A stretch of DNA of 64,000 bases from Bacilli bacterium (GTDB lineage: Bacteria; Bacillota_I; Bacilli_A; RFN20; CAG-826), in assembly GCA_045113315.1 (NCBI GenBank), contig JBGUIX010000014.1, positions 3,642-67,641 of the forward strand, read 5' to 3'. Shown piece after piece: positions 36,823 to 47,192 of the stretch (positions within the stretch are counted from its first letter, which is position 1; the number at the start of each line of letters is the position of its first letter). The position numbers and the translations under genes are program-made. The notes under the pieces were generated by a model. That model was not told the origin of the DNA and made no database searches. It saw only the letters and a list, made by a program, of their open reading frames with translations.

Positions 36823-39140
36823 TATTTCCCCTCTTTTTCTTTCATCGCTTTAAGAATCTTTTCTGGTGTGATTGGTAAGGAATTAATTCTGACTCCAACA
36901 GCGTTATAGATCGCGTTACATAAAACCGCGGGAGGAGTATCGATACCAATTTCACCGACAGATTTCGCACCAAATGGACCAGTTGGTTCATAAGAATCAG
37001 CGAATTCAGTTGTTAAATGTTTAATAGTTTTACATGTTGGAACATGGTAATAGAGGAAACTATTTGTTAATAGCTGTCCTTTTGAGTTATAGATAACTTC
37101 TTCCGTAGAAGCCATACCAAAGCCTTGGGTAATACCACCTTCGACTTGGCCTTTAGCTAACATTGGATTAATGGTGGTACCACAATCCACTACTGAGACA
37201 TAATCTAACACTTCATATTCACCTGTTTCTGTATCAACTTCCACTTCTGCATAAGCAGCCATAAATGGAGGTGGAGAAACATGTCCAATATATGATTCAG
37301 TAACCGCTACTTGATGTTGTGGAGCGGAATATATTAATTTATTTGATAAATCAAATAATGAAATTTCTTTATTACCAGCTTTAAAGGTTTTACCATCAAA
37401 GATAATATCTTTTTCTTTTACTTCTAACATGGTAGCCGCTTCACTAATGAGTCTTTCTCTCATCTTAATCGCCGTCTTCCATGCCGCATTACCAGAGATA
37501 TATGTTGTGGAAGAAGCATAAGCACCAACATCGAATGGAGCTAAGTCAGTATCAGAAGAATAGATAATTACTTTATCCACTGTGGTCATTAATTCTTCAG
37601 CAACAATTTGGCTGATTAAAGTATCAGAACCTTGTCCGATATCTGTCGCACCACATCTCACCATATAGAAGCCACCATCTTGTAAGGTAATCGCACAACT
37701 ACCCATATCAGAGAATGGAATACCACTACCTTGCATAGCAATCGCGCATCCTACGGATCTCACTTTGTGAGGCCCAACTTGTTTTCTTGGATATTTCTCT
37801 TTCCAACCGATTAGTTCTGCACCTCTATCAATACAATATGGAAGTTTACAAGATTCCATAATCATCGCTGTACCTTTGGTACCTTCGCCCATGATTTCAA
37901 AGATTGGGGAAGTTTCTTTTTCTTTCATGGAATTCTTTTTACGAAGTTCCACTGGATCCATATGTAACTTTTCAGCGAGCATATCGATCGCAGATTCTAA
38001 AACATAGTTACCTTGAATCGCACCATAACCTCTATAGGCACCCGCAGGTACGTGATTAGTGTATAAAACTCTACCACCAAATCTCACCGCTTTAACTTTG
38101 TTATATAAAGGTAAAACTTTGCTACCCACAATCATAAAGACTGTTAAAGCGTGTTCACCATAAGCACCTGTATCACTTAATGCGTGACAATCAATAGCTC
38201 TAATCGTGCCATCTTTATCCGCACCAATTTTCATAGAGATATACATCGGGTGACGTGTATATGAAGAAGCAAACACTTCTTCTCTGGTATAAATCATCGA
38301 TGATGGTAATCCAGTTCTTAATGTCACTAAAGCGACAAACATTTCACCATGGAATTGTTGTTTACCACCAAAGCCACCGCCAACACGTGGTTTAACGATT
38401 CTAATTTGTGATAATGGCATACCTAAGGTTTGAGCCATAATTCTTCTCACATGGAATGGAGTTTGAGTGGATGAATAAATGACTAAACGATTGTGTTCAT
38501 CAAGTCTTGCGTTACATGTATGTGGTTCAAGCATCGCATGCGCTTGGGCTTGTGTTTCCGCAGCGTGTTCAATAACGACATCACATTTTGCTAATTCTTT
38601 TTCAACATCGCCAACTTCCATTTCATAACTAGCGGCGACATTATCTTTTGGTCTAAAGCCCATTTCAAAGGCTTGAGAAATGCCTTCTTCTGGGTGAATA
38701 ACATTCTTACTCTTATATGCTGTTTTATAATCTAAAACTGGCTCTAATACTTCGTATTCCACTTCAATTAATTTCAAAGCATCTTCTGCGATTTGTTCAT
38801 TAATTGCCGCAACGCATGCCACTTCATCACCGACAAATCTCACATATTCATCTAAAATGAATTTATCAATTGGAGATGGTTGTGGAGCACCTTGTCCAGC
38901 ACGAGAGAAGGCCACATGTGGAACGTTTTTATATGTTAAAACGCATTTCACACCATTAAGGGCTTCCGCTTTCGAAGTATCAATTTTTTTGATTCTAGCA
39001 AAAGCATGTGGAGAACGTAACATCTTTAAGACTAATGAACCTGGGACTTCATAATCTTGGGTGTAGACCGCTCTACCCATCATCTCAGCTTGTCCACAAA
39101 CGGAATGGGTTTTGTTATTAACAACTTTAAATTTTTTCAT
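36822..39140 (-). CDS. Xanthine dehydrogenase family molybdopterin-binding subunit (enzyme 2)
   Basis: 772 aa; MoCo-binding domains (GGGFGGK). Confidence 0.85.
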   Translation of the reverse strand: MKKFKVVNNKTHSVCGQAEMMGRAVYTQDYEVPGSLVLKMLRSPHAFARIKKIDTSKAEALNGVKCVLTYKNVPHVAFSRAGQGAPQPSPIDKFILDEYVRFVGDEVACVAAINEQIAEDALKLIEVEYEVLEPVLDYKTAYKSKNVIHPEEGISQAFEMGFRPKDNVAASYEMEVGDVEKELAKCDVVIEHAAETQAQAHAMLEPHTCNARLDEHNRLVIYSSTQTPFHVRRIMAQTLGMPLSQIRIVKPRVGGGFGGKQQFHGEMFVALVTLRTGLPSSMIYTREEVFASSYTRHPMYISMKIGADKDGTIRAIDCHALSDTGAYGEHALTVFMIVGSKVLPLYNKVKAVRFGGRVLYTNHVPAGAYRGYGAIQGNYVLESAIDMLAEKLHMDPVELRKKNSMKEKETSPIFEIMGEGTKGTAMIMESCKLPYCIDRGAELIGWKEKYPRKQVGPHKVRSVGCAIAMQGSGIPFSDMGSCAITLQDGGFYMVRCGATDIGQGSDTLISQIVAEELMTTVDKVIIYSSDTDLAPFDVGAYASSTTYISGNAAWKTAIKMRERLISEAATMLEVKEKDIIFDGKTFKAGNKEISLFDLSNKLIYSAPQHQVAVTESYIGHVSPPPFMAAYAEVEVDTETGEYEVLDYVSVVDCGTTINPMLAKGQVEGGITQGFGMASTEEVIYNSKGQLLTNSFLYYHVPTCKTIKHLTTEFADSYEPTGPFGAKSVGEIGIDTPPAVLCNAIYNAVGVRINSLPITPEKILKAMKEKEGK

Positions 39141-39141
39141 A

Positions 39142-39594
39142 TTATTTACCCTCCGCTAAATAGGCTTTAATAGCCTTGAACTGAGAATGATATCCAGTAC
39201 ATCTACAAATATTACCCACCATAAAGTCTCTTATTTGTTCATCAGTGGGGTTTTTATATTCTTTCTTTAAAGCATGGATAATAATGGCCATACCAGAACC
39301 ACAGTAGGAGCATTGATTAGCGCCTTCTTCACCGAAGAAATGAGAAATTCTCGCCACTTCTTCTTGAATTCCTTCAACTGTAGTGACATGTTTACCGTTA
39401 ACACTAATTGCTAAAACGGAGCAGGAAAGGACTGGCTTTTCATCCACTAAAACTGTACAGCTTCCACAGATAGACTCATCGCATCCCACTCTAATTGAAA
39501 AGATGCCATGTCTTCTAAGAGCGTTAGAGAGATATTCGTCTGGTCTTACATCCCAAACGACTTCAGTACCATTTAAGAAAAATTGTAATTTCAT
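39142..39594 (-). CDS. Xanthine dehydrogenase family [2Fe-2S] subunit (enzyme 2)
   Basis: 150 aa; two 2Fe-2S Cys clusters. Confidence 0.85.
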   Translation of the reverse strand: MKLQFFLNGTEVVWDVRPDEYLSNALRRHGIFSIRVGCDESICGSCTVLVDEKPVLSCSVLAISVNGKHVTTVEGIQEEVARISHFFGEEGANQCSYCGSGMAIIIHALKKEYKNPTDEQIRDFMVGNICRCTGYHSQFKAIKAYLAEGK

Positions 39595-40376
39595 TATTTA
39601 TTAACCTCCTCTAAGCCTCTTAAAACATAGACTTTAACTAAGTCTTGTCTATATGCTTTGCTAATATTGTTACTATCTAAATAAGATAATTCTTCCGAAG
39701 CTAATTTCGCGGCTTCTTTAAATTCGCCTTTATCTGCCTCTTCCATCGCTTTTCTGGCTAAGGAGGCGACTAATGGACGAGAGCCAACGGCAATATAATG
39801 TTTATTATTTCTTTTAGAAATAGAGATGTTAACCATTGGAAAATCTAAAGAAGTGGCTTTCACTTTATGGAAATATCCTTTGCCTTCTTCTTTTTTGATA
39901 ACGATTTCCGTTAAGATACCATCAACCTTGCCTTTGATATTTAAGAATTCTTCTAAAGAATAAGATTGTTCTGGATATAATTTCACAGTGACATCAAGCG
40001 GTAATAAGCTAGCGATAACATCGGAGAAAGGGAATCTACCAAAGATAGAACCACCTATTGTCGCGGTGTTTCTAAAAGCAGGACCCACTACTTCACTAAC
40101 ACCAAATGAAGTTGCTCCTCCATTTAGTTTCTTGGTTTCTGGATTAGTTTCAAAATCTCTTAGTGTCACTAATGCGCCAACATGGATTTCATCTTTACTG
40201 ACTTTAATTTCATCAAGATGAAGTTCACTTAAATCAATTAGTGTTTCATAAGATAATCCAGTTTTCTTCATCCATAATCCACCAGCGATAATCGCGTTTT
40301 TAGGATTATCTTTTAGTTTTTGGTAAGCATCATCTAATGACGTTGCTTTGTAATAGTTGTTTACTCTTAGACTCAT
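39594..40376 (-). CDS. Xanthine dehydrogenase family FAD-binding subunit (enzyme 2)
   Basis: 260 aa; CO-DH flavoprotein-like AIIAGG motif. Confidence 0.75.
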   Translation of the reverse strand: MSLRVNNYYKATSLDDAYQKLKDNPKNAIIAGGLWMKKTGLSYETLIDLSELHLDEIKVSKDEIHVGALVTLRDFETNPETKKLNGGATSFGVSEVVGPAFRNTATIGGSIFGRFPFSDVIASLLPLDVTVKLYPEQSYSLEEFLNIKGKVDGILTEIVIKKEEGKGYFHKVKATSLDFPMVNISISKRNNKHYIAVGSRPLVASLARKAMEEADKGEFKEAAKLASEELSYLDSNNISKAYRQDLVKVYVLRGLEEVNK

Positions 40377-40378
40377 AA

Positions 40379-40939
40379 CTATTTCCTTTCTTCTTTTATT
40401 TTTAGATACTCACTTAATGTATCGATATCTCTTAAGATGTTTTCATCATCCACTTCAATGGATTCTTTGTCTTGTTTATCCCGAAAGATTTTTAAGTTAG
40501 ATTCCTTATCTTCTTTTAGAAGAGATTCTTTTAAATCTTTAGATATAAATAAGGGATGGCCATCTTTTCCTTTATAAGTGGGGTATCTCACTTTTTTAGA
40601 ACCATTTAATAGAGCCATAAATGTTTCTTTTTTTATAAAAGGGATATCACCTGGAAGAATGAAAAAATCTTCCTTTACTTCCTTTACTCCTTTTAAGACA
40701 CTAGAAAACATCCCATCGGGATAGTTCTCATTAAAAACGATTTTGATAGTAGCGTCTTCATTTAAAAAGGATCTGATATCCTGATCATAGTGACCAGTCA
40801 CTACGATAATCTTACTAACGAAAGGTTTGATTGAATCGATTGTTTTTAGTAGTAGCGGTTTATCTTTGATAATTAGATGCATTTTATTTTCACGCATCCT
40901 TGATGAAAAACCTCCTGCTAGAACAATCGCTTCCGCCAT
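40379..40939 (-). CDS. MobA-like nucleotidyltransferase; likely molybdenum cofactor cytidylyltransferase (MocA-like)
   Basis: 186 aa; LAGGFSSRM nucleotide-binding motif; adjacent to the MCD-dependent molybdoenzymes. Confidence 0.65.
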   Translation of the reverse strand: MAEAIVLAGGFSSRMRENKMHLIIKDKPLLLKTIDSIKPFVSKIIVVTGHYDQDIRSFLNEDATIKIVFNENYPDGMFSSVLKGVKEVKEDFFILPGDIPFIKKETFMALLNGSKKVRYPTYKGKDGHPLFISKDLKESLLKEDKESNLKIFRDKQDKESIEVDDENILRDIDTLSEYLKIKEERK

Positions 40940-41076
40940 TAAGATCTCCGAGTTTATATGTTTATTTTATTAAAAATATTACGTGCTCGCAAGCAAATGC
41001 ACGCACACAAAATAAGAAATTTCATGTAGTTGTTAATGATTAAGAAAAAAAGTAAACTTAATTTGGTGATTAAAAA

Positions 41077-42099
41077 ATGAAAGTACTTCTCTATTTTGAA
41101 AAAGAAGAAAAAATTAAAAAGTCAGGTATCGGAAGAGCTCTTAGACATCAAATTGCCGCGTTAACTTCCGCAGGTATTGAGTATACCCTAGATCCAAAAG
41201 ATACCTATGATATCGCTCATGTGAATACATATTTTCCAGCGAGCAAAAGATTAGTTAAAAAATTAAAGAAAAAACACATCCCTGTTATCGTCCATGGTCA
41301 TAGCACAAAAGAAGATTTCATGAATTCTTTTAGATTATGGAAATTAATGAAACTTTGGTTTTATCCAAATTTGATGTGGTTTTATAAAAACGCTGATTTC
41401 ATCATTACTCCTACTTTATATTCCAAGAATTTAATTGATTCTTATAATTTAGGAACTGAAGTAATTTATGTTTCTAATGGTATATCACCAGAAGAATATG
41501 CTTATGATGAAAAAAAGATTAATGAATTTAAAGAATTCTTCCACATTAAAGAGGGAGAAAAAGTAGTCATTGGTATTGGCTTCCCATTCAATAGAAAAGG
41601 AATTAAAGATTTCTTCGCTGTCGCTAAAGAAAGACCAAATGTCAAATTCATCTGGTTTGGTTTCTTACAAAGAATATTAACTCAACCAAATGTTTTAAAA
41701 GCGATTAAGAATAGACCAAATAATGTCATCATGCCTGGATATATTGATAACGCCATTATTAAAGGGGCATTAAGATACGCTGAATGTTTATTCTTCCCAA
41801 GTTATGAAGAAACAGAAGGCATTGTTGTTTTAGAAGCCCTAGCTAGTAACTGCCCAGTCTTAATTAGAGACATTGGCGTGTACGCTGATTGGTTAGAAGA
41901 TGGCCGTGATTGTTATAAGGGAAAGAACAATGAAGAGTTCCTAGAAAAACTAGATAAAATCATGACTTCCGATAATTCAAAAATGGTCGCAAATGGTTAT
42001 AAGTTAGTGGAAGAAAGAACACTAGAAAAAGTGGGTCAAGAACTCAAAGTGGCTTATACCAATTTATTAGAAAAATTTAACAAAAAACCTGCAAAATAG
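41077..42099 (+). CDS. GT4-family glycosyltransferase
   Basis: 340 aa; EETEGIVVLEALA (E-x7-E) motif. Confidence 0.8.
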   Translation: MKVLLYFEKEEKIKKSGIGRALRHQIAALTSAGIEYTLDPKDTYDIAHVNTYFPASKRLVKKLKKKHIPVIVHGHSTKEDFMNSFRLWKLMKLWFYPNLMWFYKNADFIITPTLYSKNLIDSYNLGTEVIYVSNGISPEEYAYDEKKINEFKEFFHIKEGEKVVIGIGFPFNRKGIKDFFAVAKERPNVKFIWFGFLQRILTQPNVLKAIKNRPNNVIMPGYIDNAIIKGALRYAECLFFPSYEETEGIVVLEALASNCPVLIRDIGVYADWLEDGRDCYKGKNNEEFLEKLDKIMTSDNSKMVANGYKLVEERTLEKVGQELKVAYTNLLEKFNKKPAK

Positions 42100-42140
42100 G
42101 GTTATTTTGATAGAAAATTAACAAAAAGTGAGGATTTTTT

Positions 42141-43061
42141 ATGGCAAGATATGTTGTCTCATTAGGTGGCAATGCATTAGGCAATAATGCGGAAGAACAA
42201 AAAGAATTATTAAAAGGTGTTGCTAAGCCAATCGTGGAATTAATTAAACATGGACATGAAGTTATTATTGTCCACGGAAATGGTCCCCAAGTTGGCATGA
42301 TTAATCTCGCATTCACCGATGCAAAAAGTGTCCCAGATATGCCTTTCCCTGAATGTGGTGCGATGAGCCAAGGTTATATTGGTTTCCACATTCAAAACGC
42401 CATTGATAATGAATTAAAGAAACAAAATGTTCAAAGAAATGTTGTCACAGTTGTTTCGCAAGTACTAGTGGATAAAAACGATCCATTATTCCAATCCCCA
42501 AGTAAACCAGTCGGCGCTTTCTATAGCGAACAAGAAGCTAAAGAAATCGCTTCTAAGATGGGATATACCATGAAAGAAGATGCTGGTAGAGGATATAGAA
42601 GAGTAGTTGCTAGTCCATTACCAATCGATATCATTGAAAAAGACTCAATCTCTGAATTAGTTAGTAAAGGTCATGTCGTTATCTGCGCAGGCGGAGGCGG
42701 TATCCCTGTTATTAGAAATGAAGACGGCTCTATTGAAGGTATTGCTGCAGTTATCGATAAAGACTATGCTTCCGCAAAAGTCGCAGCTTTAGTAGATGCT
42801 GATTACTTAGTAATCTTAACAGCGGTTGATAACGTTTATATCGATTTCAAAAAGCCAACAGAAAGAAAATTAGAAAAAGTTTCTGTTAATGAAATGAAAG
42901 AATATATGAAAGGCGATTATTTCGCTAAAGGAAGCATGTATCCAAAAGTGAATGCCTGTGTAAAATTCTTAAGCGAAAAGCCAGGTAAGGTCGCAATTAT
43001 CTCTTCTTTAGTGGCTGCTAAAGACGCCTTCTTAGAAAAGGCTGGAACAATCATTAAATAA
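42141..43061 (+). CDS. arcC: Carbamate kinase
   Basis: 306 aa; VVSLGGNAL and HGNGPQVG motifs. Confidence 0.85.
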   Translation: MARYVVSLGGNALGNNAEEQKELLKGVAKPIVELIKHGHEVIIVHGNGPQVGMINLAFTDAKSVPDMPFPECGAMSQGYIGFHIQNAIDNELKKQNVQRNVVTVVSQVLVDKNDPLFQSPSKPVGAFYSEQEAKEIASKMGYTMKEDAGRGYRRVVASPLPIDIIEKDSISELVSKGHVVICAGGGGIPVIRNEDGSIEGIAAVIDKDYASAKVAALVDADYLVILTAVDNVYIDFKKPTERKLEKVSVNEMKEYMKGDYFAKGSMYPKVNACVKFLSEKPGKVAIISSLVAAKDAFLEKAGTIIK

Positions 43062-43088
43062 ACTTATCAAAGCAATTTAAAAAAGTAA

Positions 43089-43541
43089 TTATTCCAATGA
43101 TTCAATCTTCTTAATTGCTTCTTCTGCCCGAGAGTGGAACATCAATGTTTTGAATGCTTCAATAATCTTTGTAGCCCATCCACCTGCGGTGTATCCTTTA
43201 TCCCATACTTTAGCAACAACTTGGGCTAAAATATAATCCGGTCCTTCATTAGAATGAATATAGATATAAGGGAACTCGTTTTTCTTTGTATTGAAACGTT
43301 CTTTGAAGTCATTGAAACTATATTTGTTTGCAAGATTAACGGGGTAAGCGAATGCGACTTCAATATTCTCTTCATCAGGAATGTAAGCAGCAAAGAAATA
43401 CTCTTGAGAATATTTTTTTCCAATTCCTTCAATCATTACTCCATTAGCTGTTTCCCTTTTTGTAAAATTGCCTTGGAAAGCGCTATTCATTTCTTCTAAC
43501 GCCTTTTCGCCTATTTCATAAATTGAAACACTCATATTCAT
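43089..43541 (-). CDS. Hypothetical cytoplasmic protein (150 aa), possibly YbjN-like
   Basis: No diagnostic motif; family guess only. Confidence 0.3.
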   Translation of the reverse strand: MNMSVSIYEIGEKALEEMNSAFQGNFTKRETANGVMIEGIGKKYSQEYFFAAYIPDEENIEVAFAYPVNLANKYSFNDFKERFNTKKNEFPYIYIHSNEGPDYILAQVVAKVWDKGYTAGGWATKIIEAFKTLMFHSRAEEAIKKIESLE

Positions 43542-43607
43542 TCCCTCCAGTTAATAATGTTATTTTAACATAATTAAGAAACAACAATAAACAGTAAAAA
43601 AGAGTAG

Positions 43608-43647
43608 AAAAGAAAAACCGACAACGTGAAGTGAAGTCGGTTTTTTT
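43608..43647. terminator. Bidirectional-looking terminator (hairpin aaccgac...gtcggtt flanked by A- and T-runs) after serA
   Basis: aaaaaccgacaacgtgaagtgaagtcggttttttt. Confidence 0.5.
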
Positions 43648-43660
43648 AATTTCAGAGAAA

Positions 43661-44827
43661 TTAATGAATTGCTCTTACTCTGATAACACCAGGTAATTTA
43701 CCCACTGCTTCTTTCGCACATTTTTCCACACCATCTTTATGTGTGAATTCAATGACTGTTGCAGCTTTTTCACCTTTGACACCAGTAGCAGACTTAACAA
43801 TTTCTTTACATTCACCAACGACTTTCAATATTTCGTTAGCAGATAAGCTCGCTTGATGAAGAACTACTAATCTTCTATGGCCTTCTTCTTTTTCACCCAT
43901 ATCAATTCTTGGGTAATTAACAGAATTAATGATGTTGCCTTTTTCGATAAATTCAACGATTTCTTTAGCCGCCATAGCAGCACAGTTATCTTCAGCTTCT
44001 TCTGTAGAAGCGCCTAAGTGAGAAATAGCGACAACGCCTTCCATATTCGCAGTCTTATAATTTGGGAAATCAGTCACATAACGACGGACTTTCTTGTTTT
44101 CTAAAGCTACTTTCATATCGTCATCATTAACTAAAGCATCTCTAGCGGCGTTAATAATAATTACACCATCTTTAGCCTTAGCTAATAAGCTAGCGTTAAT
44201 CATGCCTTTAGTGGCGTCCATTAATGGAACGTGAACAGAAATATAGTCGGCTTCTTTAAGCATTTCATCCATTGAAACAATCTTTGTGCCTTTTAATAAT
44301 TCTTTATTACGTTCAATAGTGGCTTCGCTTGGTTCAACACCTAAAACTCTCATTCCCAATTTATGAGCGGCATCAGCCACTAAAGCGCCGATCGCGCCAC
44401 AACCAATAACACCTAATGTCTTACCTAATATTTCTGTACCTGCATAAGCACCTTTGGCTTTTTCCATGGATTTATTAATGAGTTCATCGCCTTTATTAGC
44501 TTTCACCCATTCCATGGAGCTTTGAATATCTCTAGCTGCTAAAAGCATCATAGCGATTGTTAATTCCTTAACAGCATTTGCGTTAGCGCCTGGTGTATTA
44601 AACACCACGACACCTTCATCCGCAAATCTATCTAATGGAATATTATTAACACCTGCACCTGCTCTAGCGACACATAAAACTGATTCTGGTAAAGTCATTT
44701 CATGCATTGCTGCACTTCTTACCATGACCGCAGAAGCGCCATCAATACTTTCTGTGGATACTTCGTATTCTTTTGGTAAAACTTTTAATCCAACAGGTGA
44801 AATTTTATTTAAACAAAATACTTTCAT
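43661..44827 (-). CDS. serA: D-3-phosphoglycerate dehydrogenase
   Basis: 388 aa; 2-hydroxyacid DH NAD motif GVIGCGAIG; C-terminal ACT-like domain. Confidence 0.85.
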   Translation of the reverse strand: MKVFCLNKISPVGLKVLPKEYEVSTESIDGASAVMVRSAAMHEMTLPESVLCVARAGAGVNNIPLDRFADEGVVVFNTPGANANAVKELTIAMMLLAARDIQSSMEWVKANKGDELINKSMEKAKGAYAGTEILGKTLGVIGCGAIGALVADAAHKLGMRVLGVEPSEATIERNKELLKGTKIVSMDEMLKEADYISVHVPLMDATKGMINASLLAKAKDGVIIINAARDALVNDDDMKVALENKKVRRYVTDFPNYKTANMEGVVAISHLGASTEEAEDNCAAMAAKEIVEFIEKGNIINSVNYPRIDMGEKEEGHRRLVVLHQASLSANEILKVVGECKEIVKSATGVKGEKAATVIEFTHKDGVEKCAKEAVGKLPGVIRVRAIH

Positions 44828-44835
44828 AAACTTAC

Positions 44836-45939
44836 CTATTTAATCCAAGCATCTTTATGCTCATCTTCAAATTCTTTCATATATTTTACAAGAGCTTTAA
44901 CACCATCAATTGGCATAGCATTATAAATAGAAGCTCTTAAGCCACCTGTAGATCTATGACCTTTTAAGTTTGTGAAGCGATATTTCTTCGCACCTTCTAA
45001 GAATGCGGCGTCGAGTTCTTCACTTGGTGTTCTAAAGGTAACGTTCATTAATGAACGAGAATCTTTATCAACATATGGAATGAATAGATGAGAACTATCT
45101 AAAGCATCATATAAAATTTTGGCTTTTTCTTCATTGACTTTCTTACGTTCTTCTAGTCCACCATTCTTTAATAGCCATTTGAAGACTAAACCACAGACAT
45201 AAATACCGAATGTTGGTGGGGTATTATACATAGAACCGTTTTCAGCATGAATTATATAATCTAAATAAGCTGGAAGTGGCACTCTTGGGGCACGCGCTAA
45301 TAAATCTTCTCTAATAATTACTATAGTAACACCTGCAGGTCCCACATTCTTTTGTGCACCAGCATAGATTAAACCAAACTTTCTAACATCAACTGGTTCA
45401 CTTAAGAAACAAGATGACATATCAGCCACTAATGGGATATTTCCGGTTTCTGGATATTCTTTATATTTAGAACCATAGATTGTGTTGTTATCACAGATAT
45501 AAACATAATCAGCGTCTTCTCTAAATTTTAAACCTTTAACATCTGGGATCTTTTTAAATCCGTTTTCTTCACCAGAAGCAACGATGTTAACATCTGCATA
45601 TAATTTGGTATCTTTAATAACTTTCTTGGTCCATACACCAGTATGGATAATATCTACTTTTCCATTAGTGGCAAAGTTCATTGGAATCATGGAGAACGCT
45701 AAAGTCGCGCCACCTTGCAAGAATAAAACTTTGTAGTTTTCTGGAATGTTTAATAACTTTCTTAAATCAGCTTCCGCAGTATCAATAATATTTTGATAAA
45801 CTTTGGAACGGTGACTCATTTCCATGACCGACATGCCTGATCCATCTTTATCAAGCATTTCTGCTGCGATTGTTTCTAAAACTTCTTCAGGCAACATCGC
45901 TGGTCCAGCAGAGAAATTGTAAATTCTGTTTCCCTTCAT
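44836..45939 (-). CDS. serC: Phosphoserine aminotransferase
   Basis: 367 aa; NFSAGPAMLP N-terminus; class V aminotransferase. Confidence 0.9.
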   Translation of the reverse strand: MKGNRIYNFSAGPAMLPEEVLETIAAEMLDKDGSGMSVMEMSHRSKVYQNIIDTAEADLRKLLNIPENYKVLFLQGGATLAFSMIPMNFATNGKVDIIHTGVWTKKVIKDTKLYADVNIVASGEENGFKKIPDVKGLKFREDADYVYICDNNTIYGSKYKEYPETGNIPLVADMSSCFLSEPVDVRKFGLIYAGAQKNVGPAGVTIVIIREDLLARAPRVPLPAYLDYIIHAENGSMYNTPPTFGIYVCGLVFKWLLKNGGLEERKKVNEEKAKILYDALDSSHLFIPYVDKDSRSLMNVTFRTPSEELDAAFLEGAKKYRFTNLKGHRSTGGLRASIYNAMPIDGVKALVKYMKEFEDEHKDAWIK

Positions 45940-45969
45940 ATCACAAAACTCCTTTTTCTTTATATTTCT

Positions 45970-47190
45970 CTAAGCAATTTTCTTAGCTTCGAGATAATAA
46001 CGTTTTTCACTGGCGTGACCCATCGAGAAACTCTTTCTAGGTAACACCATATCTTTGGCGACAAATTCAAAAATGTCACCCTTACCTAACGCTGGCATAT
46101 TGATTGCCATACTACTAGGATTCTTGTTCGCTACATCTAATAAACTTGATTCATCATGAATAAAATCAACCTTTGATTCAGGATGAGATTTTAGATAAGA
46201 ATCGATGTAATTTTGCACAATTTGATAAGTTTCTGCTGCGTTTTTCGGTGTTTTTAATGGTTTTTTGCCATCTTTCTTACTATAGACATAAACGCCTTGT
46301 TCTTTTCCTTTACAGGTAGAAACTAATCCATCAGCAAAATCTTTATCTGCGTTAAATATCACACGATGAATAGGCTCAAAAATAATACCTTCATCATAGA
46401 TATTATTCGCTTCCACTAAAGCAAATCTTGCTGGGTGATTTTCTCTTTCTTTTTCACTCAAATTGGCTTTGATATTTTCCCAGTGTGCTTTTGCGGTAGC
46501 TAAAGAATGATTCCCATCACCCACTACAAACATCAAACCGTTGTTATTCTTTTTAAATAGTTCATTAAATTGATCAATAACCCTTTTTGTGTCCTTAACA
46601 ATATAGCCTTTGATATGACCACCTTTTTGATTGAGTTCAAAATCATAAGCCACAGGCAAAGATTCTCTATTTTTATATAGAGATTCCACTATTTGTCTTT
46701 CTTTATCATCAAAGAGAACTAAAGTATGTGGCAATTCAATAGGTGCATCTTTTCTAATCTTTAGACGAGGAGGAATTCTTTCTACGATTGTAGCTTCGCT
46801 AGCTTTAACCGTACATGGAACTCCACGTTTATAAGAATATTCTTCTAGATCGATTGAGATAATTAATCCTAATCTTCTAACACCATAATCAGTTACTCTT
46901 TCTACCAATATGAAAGATTCACCGATATCCACTAAAGAATTATCATTTAAATAACGTTTGATATTTTTATTAATTTGTTCAATATATTTTTCCTGATCCG
47001 TATTTTCTAAATACGCTTCTGGATAAATCATATGAAACGTTGATAATTTATCGCCCACCATATCTCTTAAATCGTTCCAATACTCGATTTGAGAAGTGAA
47101 TTGATCACACGCTATGACAGCATAGCTTGTCATATCCGTACCTTTTCTAGGTAACAATATATGGGGAGCAACAACTATTTGTTTAGGCAT
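45970..47190 (-). CDS. DUF1015-family protein
   Basis: 406 aa; DGNHS motif; conserved linkage to serA/serC. Confidence 0.7.
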   Translation of the reverse strand: MPKQIVVAPHILLPRKGTDMTSYAVIACDQFTSQIEYWNDLRDMVGDKLSTFHMIYPEAYLENTDQEKYIEQINKNIKRYLNDNSLVDIGESFILVERVTDYGVRRLGLIISIDLEEYSYKRGVPCTVKASEATIVERIPPRLKIRKDAPIELPHTLVLFDDKERQIVESLYKNRESLPVAYDFELNQKGGHIKGYIVKDTKRVIDQFNELFKKNNNGLMFVVGDGNHSLATAKAHWENIKANLSEKERENHPARFALVEANNIYDEGIIFEPIHRVIFNADKDFADGLVSTCKGKEQGVYVYSKKDGKKPLKTPKNAAETYQIVQNYIDSYLKSHPESKVDFIHDESSLLDVANKNPSSMAINMPALGKGDIFEFVAKDMVLPRKSFSMGHASEKRYYLEAKKIA

Positions 47191-47192
47191 TA

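Noticed and set aside
24785-40376. Selenocysteine (in-frame TGA) in the YgeY-like, xdh or other purinolytic genes
   Set aside because: All ORFs in the cluster are continuous with the standard code and abut one another, so no in-frame TGA interruption or split ORF is visible.
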